12,363 nucleotides of DNA from a bacterium (GTDB taxonomy: Bacteria; Zhuqueibacterota; Zhuqueibacteria; Oceanimicrobiales; Oceanimicrobiaceae): the NCBI GenBank assembly GCA_037446635.1, contig JBBIIG010000091.1, forward strand, positions 1-12,363, read 5' to 3'. Of this stretch, positions 8,869-12,363 are shown one piece after another. Position 1 is the first letter of the stretch; each line of letters begins with the position of its first letter. A model generated the notes under the pieces. That model was not told the DNA's origin. It was given only the letters and a program-made list of their open reading frames with translations, and did not search any database. Both the position numbers and the translations under genes were made by a program.

Positions 8869-8874
8869 AGGAGG
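8869..8874 (+). promoter_or_regulatory. Shine-Dalgarno site (AGGAGG) for the halogenase
   Basis: AGGAGG lies 8 nt upstream of ATG 8883. Confidence 0.8.
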
Positions 8875-8882
8875 TAGCGAAC

Positions 8883-10187
8883 ATGAACATTCCCAAACGT
8901 TGCGACGTGGTGGTCATTGGCGGGGGGCCGGCCGGCAGCACGGTGAGCGCTCTCTTGAGCCAGAGGGGATACGAGGTGGTGCTATTCGACAAAGCCCGAC
9001 ATCCGCGCTACACGGTTGGAGAAAGCCTCATTCCTCATTTTTGGAAATATTGCGAATTGACCGGCGTCGATAAAAAAATTGCAGCTGATGGGTTTATCCA
9101 AAAGTCCGGCGGCACCGTGATTTGGAACGGCGTGATCCGCCAGATGCAGTTCAAGGACTTTGGCTACCCGCGTCCGGCGCTGCATGTGGAGCGCGACCGC
9201 TTCGATCACATTCTGCTGGAACACGCCCGCGAACAAGGGGTGCAAGTCTTTCAAGAAGTCGCCGCCGCCAGCATCGATCTGGATCACGGCGAACGGACAA
9301 GCGTGCTGTATCGTCCCAATGGCGAGAAAACTTCCGCTGAAATTGGGTGCCGTTTTATCGTCGATGCCAGCGGCCAGCACGCGCTGATCGCCCGGCAGCT
9401 CGGCATCCGCGTCATCGATGAGGGGTTTCGCTTCATGAGCATCTGGGGGTATTTCAACAATTCCAAATACATCGCGGCCGATGGCCGCGCCTACCCGTTC
9501 GCGAAGCTGCGCGACATTCCGCCCACCACGTTTGTGACCAACGTGGACGGTTGGGGATGGCTCTGGCACATCCCGCAGCGAGAGAGCACCAGCGTCGGCC
9601 TCGTGCTGCCGCAGGAACAGATGAAAGCCATCAAGGGATCGGATGAGGCGCTGGAGGGGTACTTTCTGCGCCGCTGCCGCGAAATCCCCTATCTCGATCG
9701 CCTGTTGGAAGGGGCCGAATATTGCGAGGGCAGCTTTCACGTGATTCGCGATTATTCCTACCGCCCGACGGAGCTTGCCGGGCCGGGCTATTTTCTCATC
9801 GGCGATGCTGCCGCTTTCACCGATCCGATTTTTTCCATCGGGGTGGTGCTGGCCATGTACTCGGCGTATCTCTCGGCCTGGGCCATCGATCGCTCCTTCA
9901 AGCAGCCGCAGCGCACCGCGGGCAACCAGGCGATTTTTGCCAAACAGTTCATGACCCGCCTGGAAGCCAGCCGCGCGCTGGCCCTGCCGCGTTACGGTTA
10001 CGGCGGCGACGAAGGGGAGATGGTCAAAAAGTCGATTCAATTTGAAACTTCGCTTGAGCAGGAATTGATGTACGTGGTATCGACTCTAACCACGCGCTCG
10101 GAGAATTTTATTGAAATGTGCCGCAAGAAAGAAGGCGGTATGATCACCTCCAGCAAATATCGCAAGCTTGCGGAGATAGCTTTTTAA
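8883..10187 (+). CDS. FADH2-dependent halogenase, carrier-protein-dependent type (PltA/Bmp2-like), 434 aa
   Basis: FAD-binding VIGGGPAG, PRYTVGESL, putative catalytic Lys74 in GFIQKSGG, halogenase WxWxIP motif (GWLWHIP) and GDAAAFTDPIFSIGV. It lies directly after the carrier protein. Confidence 0.88.
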   Translation: MNIPKRCDVVVIGGGPAGSTVSALLSQRGYEVVLFDKARHPRYTVGESLIPHFWKYCELTGVDKKIAADGFIQKSGGTVIWNGVIRQMQFKDFGYPRPALHVERDRFDHILLEHAREQGVQVFQEVAAASIDLDHGERTSVLYRPNGEKTSAEIGCRFIVDASGQHALIARQLGIRVIDEGFRFMSIWGYFNNSKYIAADGRAYPFAKLRDIPPTTFVTNVDGWGWLWHIPQRESTSVGLVLPQEQMKAIKGSDEALEGYFLRRCREIPYLDRLLEGAEYCEGSFHVIRDYSYRPTELAGPGYFLIGDAAAFTDPIFSIGVVLAMYSAYLSAWAIDRSFKQPQRTAGNQAIFAKQFMTRLEASRALALPRYGYGGDEGEMVKKSIQFETSLEQELMYVVSTLTTRSENFIEMCRKKEGGMITSSKYRKLAEIAF

Positions 10188-10201
10188 TTTAGCCAGGAGA
10201 T

Positions 10202-10209
10202 TAAGGAGG
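10202..10209 (+). promoter_or_regulatory. Strong Shine-Dalgarno site (TAAGGAGG) for ATG 10215
   Basis: A full-consensus TAAGGAGG lies 5 nt upstream of ATG 10215. Nothing comparable precedes the track start GTG 10392. Confidence 0.85.
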
Positions 10210-10214
10210 AAGTT

Positions 10215-11264
10215 ATGTCCAAACGACTAAAAATTGTTCTCATAGTGTTGGGCGTGTTTGCAGGGCTTGGTCTTTTGCACCTCTGGCAAAACGTCGGCTT
10301 TGAAAACCTGGGCTTCGGCTCGAAGCAGGCGGCAGACGAGTCCAAATTTCGTGTGGGCTTTTTGCCAGTAACCTGACACCTCACGTGCCCCGTGACCGAC
10401 TGGATCAACACCAACATGGTCGGTAAGGGGTTCTTTGAACCCGTGCGGTTCAGCGGCTGGCCGGAGTTGAAAGAAGCGCATCTCTCCGGCAATCTTCCCG
10501 GGACCTTTATTCTCGCGCCCATGGCTATGAAATTACGGCAACAAGGCGTGCCGATTAAAATTGTTTACTTGGGGCATCGCGATGGCACCGCCTTGATGGT
10601 GCACAAGGATTCCAACATTTACTCGTTTAAGGACTTGAAAGGAAAGCGCATCGCCATTCCCAATCGCTTCTCCAATCAGTATTTAATTATCTTCAAAGGC
10701 TTGCAGGATTACGGGATGACCGTTAACGATGTAACTCTTTTAGAAATGCCGCCGCCGGATATGCCCGCGGCTCTATACGCCAAAGCCGTAGATGCCGTTA
10801 TCGCTGGCGAGCCATTGATGGCGCAAACCGAGCTCGATGGCTACGGCCGCGTGCTCTATCAAGCGAAGGAACTCTGGCCCAATTTCATTTCCTGTGTGCT
10901 GGCCGTTGAGGAACGCGCGATCAACGAGCATCCGGAGTGGGTGCAAAAATTGGTGGATGGTATCGCCAAAAGCGGCAAATGGCTCGAGGCCGGCATGGAG
11001 CATCGCATGGAGGCCGCCGACGCGGTAGCTCAGCGCTATTACAATCAAAATCCACGGCTGCTGCGTTTTGTTCTGAGCAAACCGCCCGATCGCGTGACCT
11101 ATAACAATCTGCTCCTCGCGAAGAAAGATTTTGAGCAGATTGCAGATTTGGCGCTCAAAGCCGGTATCCTCGATGGCCCCATCGCGTTCGAAGAATATAC
11201 CGACACCCGCTTTTCGGAAAAGACTCACGGCACCGTTCCCTACGATTGGGAGGAACCAAAATGA
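10215..11264 (+). CDS. NrtA/SsuA/NMT1-like ABC substrate-binding protein with in-frame TGA at codon 54 (candidate selenoprotein, 349 aa with readthrough)
   Basis: ATG 10215 reads MSKRLKIVLIVLGVFAGLGLLHLWQNVGFENLGFGSKQAADESKFRVGFLPVT-*(10374-10376)-HLTCPVTDW and continues in the same frame as the 10392-11264 ORF. The upstream part supplies the signal/anchor helix and the family first strand (RVGFLP). Downstream motifs FSGWPELKEA, DLKGKRIAIP, MPPPDMPAAL and AGEP fit the NrtA/SsuA family. Confidence 0.85.
10388..10430 (+). promoter_or_regulatory. Candidate bacterial SECIS stem-loop 3' of the in-frame TGA
   Basis: CCCC (10388-10391) pairs with GGGG (10427-10430) and ACCGAC (10395-10400) pairs with GTCGGT (10419-10424). 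An apical TGG/CCA stem around ATCAACA is possible. The structure begins 11 nt after the TGA. Folded by eye only. Confidence 0.5.
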
Positions 11265-12022
11265 AATCTCGCATCGAAGCGGTTCTGTTGCCGTTAACCG
11301 TCGCGGCTCTGTTTGTATGCGGATGGCACTTCCTGGTAAAATCAACCGGCAGCGAAATCTTTCCCACTCCGCCGCAGGTGATAGCCGGGATGGTGGAGCT
11401 TATTCGGCACGGGGTGCTGGTTAAATATGTCATTGCCTCGCTGTTCCGCGTCTCCGCCGGTTTTTTGCTGGCGCTGGTGGTGGGCATTCCCTTCGGCCTG
11501 TTGCTGGGGTGGTTTGGCCGCGCATTTTTTGCGTTTAATCCGATCATCCAGTTGCTGCGTCCCATCTCGCCCATCGCTTGGATTCCGGTGGCGATTTTGT
11601 GGTTCGGCGTCAGCGATTTGGCGCCTATCTTTCTCATATTTCTGGCGAGCCTGTTTCCCATCACCACGGCGGCCATTGCCGCGGTGCAAAATATTCAACT
11701 GGTCTATTTGCGGGCGGCCAGCAACTTTGGCGTCAAGGGTTTGGCGTTATTCAAAAAGATTGTTTTTCCGGCCGCGCTGCCGCAGATCATCACCGGCGTG
11801 CGTTTGGCGCTGGGGGTTGCCTGGCTGGTGGTCGTGGCCGCGGAAATGATCGCGGTAAACTCTGGGCTCGGTTATCTCATCATCGATGCCCGCAATGCCG
11901 GTATGCGATATGATCTCGTGGTCGCCGGCATGGTGCTCATCGGAATAATCGGCTTAATTTTGGATTTGCTGGTCCGGCGTTTACAGAATCTCGACGAAGT
12001 ACGATGGGGGTTCAGCCGATGA
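11261..12022 (+). CDS. ABC importer permease, SsuC/TauC/NrtB family, 253 aa
   Basis: ATG 11261 overlaps the binding-protein stop (ATGA) and has a GGAGG upstream. Motifs FPTPPQV, SLFRV, LRPISPIAWIP, EAA-loop-like YLRAASNFG...IVFPAALPQIITGVR and VVAAEMIAVNSGLGYLI. Confidence 0.93.
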   Translation: MKSRIEAVLLPLTVAALFVCGWHFLVKSTGSEIFPTPPQVIAGMVELIRHGVLVKYVIASLFRVSAGFLLALVVGIPFGLLLGWFGRAFFAFNPIIQLLRPISPIAWIPVAILWFGVSDLAPIFLIFLASLFPITTAAIAAVQNIQLVYLRAASNFGVKGLALFKKIVFPAALPQIITGVRLALGVAWLVVVAAEMIAVNSGLGYLIIDARNAGMRYDLVVAGMVLIGIIGLILDLLVRRLQNLDEVRWGFSR

Positions 12023-12058
12023 GAGATGCTGAGACATAACTAAAGAATAAATCGGATT

Positions 12059-12363
12059 ATGATACGACAAAATAAAAGCGCGCAGTTTCTTGTCGCCAAC
12101 GCCGCGATAATTTGGTTGTGGAGCGCGTGTCTTTTTGCCCAGCCGAAAGGCCCGGTTTACAGCAACGTGCGCTACGAAGACGATTACAGCTTTCTCAACC
12201 ACGATGGCGTGCGCGGAAGCGATCCGTTCAACCGTCTCAAAAAAATTCCACTGGGTGGAAAGGTGGAGATGACGTTTGGCGGACACTACCGTTTTCGGTT
12301 TGAGAACGATTCCAACCGCCGCTTCGGAGCGTCCAATCCGCCCTCCCAGAGTTTCTTTTTGAA
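12059..12363 (+). CDS. Alginate-export-family (AlgE-like) outer-membrane beta-barrel, 3'-truncated by the window edge; absent from the ORF track
   Basis: ATG 12059 reads MIRQNKSAQFLVANAAIIWLWSACLFA-QPKGPVYSNVRYEDDYSFL...DPFNRLKKIPLGGKVEMTFGGHYRFRFEND...FFL and is open to the window end. It has a signal-peptide-like start, and the RYEDDYSFL / DPFxRLKxIPL / GGxYRxRxE motifs resemble this family's N-terminus (recognised by eye). Confidence 0.75.
   Translation, partial: MIRQNKSAQFLVANAAIIWLWSACLFAQPKGPVYSNVRYEDDYSFLNHDGVRGSDPFNRLKKIPLGGKVEMTFGGHYRFRFENDSNRRFGASNPPSQSFFL

Noticed and set aside
8982..10040. 352-aa minus-strand ORF opposite the halogenase
   Set aside because: No recognisable motifs. 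It lies entirely antisense to a well-supported gene and is best explained as a codon-bias shadow ORF.
10374..10376. Genome-wide reassignment of TGA to Trp or Gly (code 4/25) as the explanation of the in-frame TGA
   Set aside because: TGA ends several genes here at their expected C-termini (422, 1944, 3881, 8573, 11264, 12022), some in ATGA overlaps, and no other gene in the window has an internal TGA.
10392..11264. ORF-track version of the binding protein starting at GTG 10392
   Set aside because: It has no RBS or export signal and lacks the family first strand. The in-frame ATG 10215 with TAAGGAGG supplies all three.
12112..12303. 63-aa + strand ORF from the track
   Set aside because: It is out of frame with the better supported alginate-export-like ORF that starts at 12059 and runs off the window.

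Overview
One co-oriented (+ strand), tightly packed bacterial gene cluster, probably from a diderm because it ends in a predicted outer-membrane barrel gene. No mobile element, CRISPR array or RNA gene was seen. Gene order: (i) 3' part of an APH/choline-kinase-like phosphotransferase, a DUF5666-like beta-repeat protein and a second APH-like phosphotransferase; (ii) two tandem paralogous MsbA-like ABC exporters; (iii) a type II NRPS cassette resembling the proline-to-halopyrrole modules PltE/PltF/PltL/PltA and Bmp (prolyl-carrier dehydrogenase, stand-alone adenylation enzyme, carrier protein, FADH2-dependent halogenase); (iv) an NrtA/SsuA-type ABC importer (binding protein plus permease) and the 5' part of an alginate-export-family barrel. 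The main hidden signal is in the binding protein. It most likely starts at ATG 10215 behind a strong RBS and has an in-frame TGA at 10374-10376 in the motif GFLPVT-*-HLTC, followed by a stem-loop. This makes it a candidate selenoprotein (U-x3-C) that the ORF track truncates, and it appears to be in the same operon as the halopyrrole cassette.
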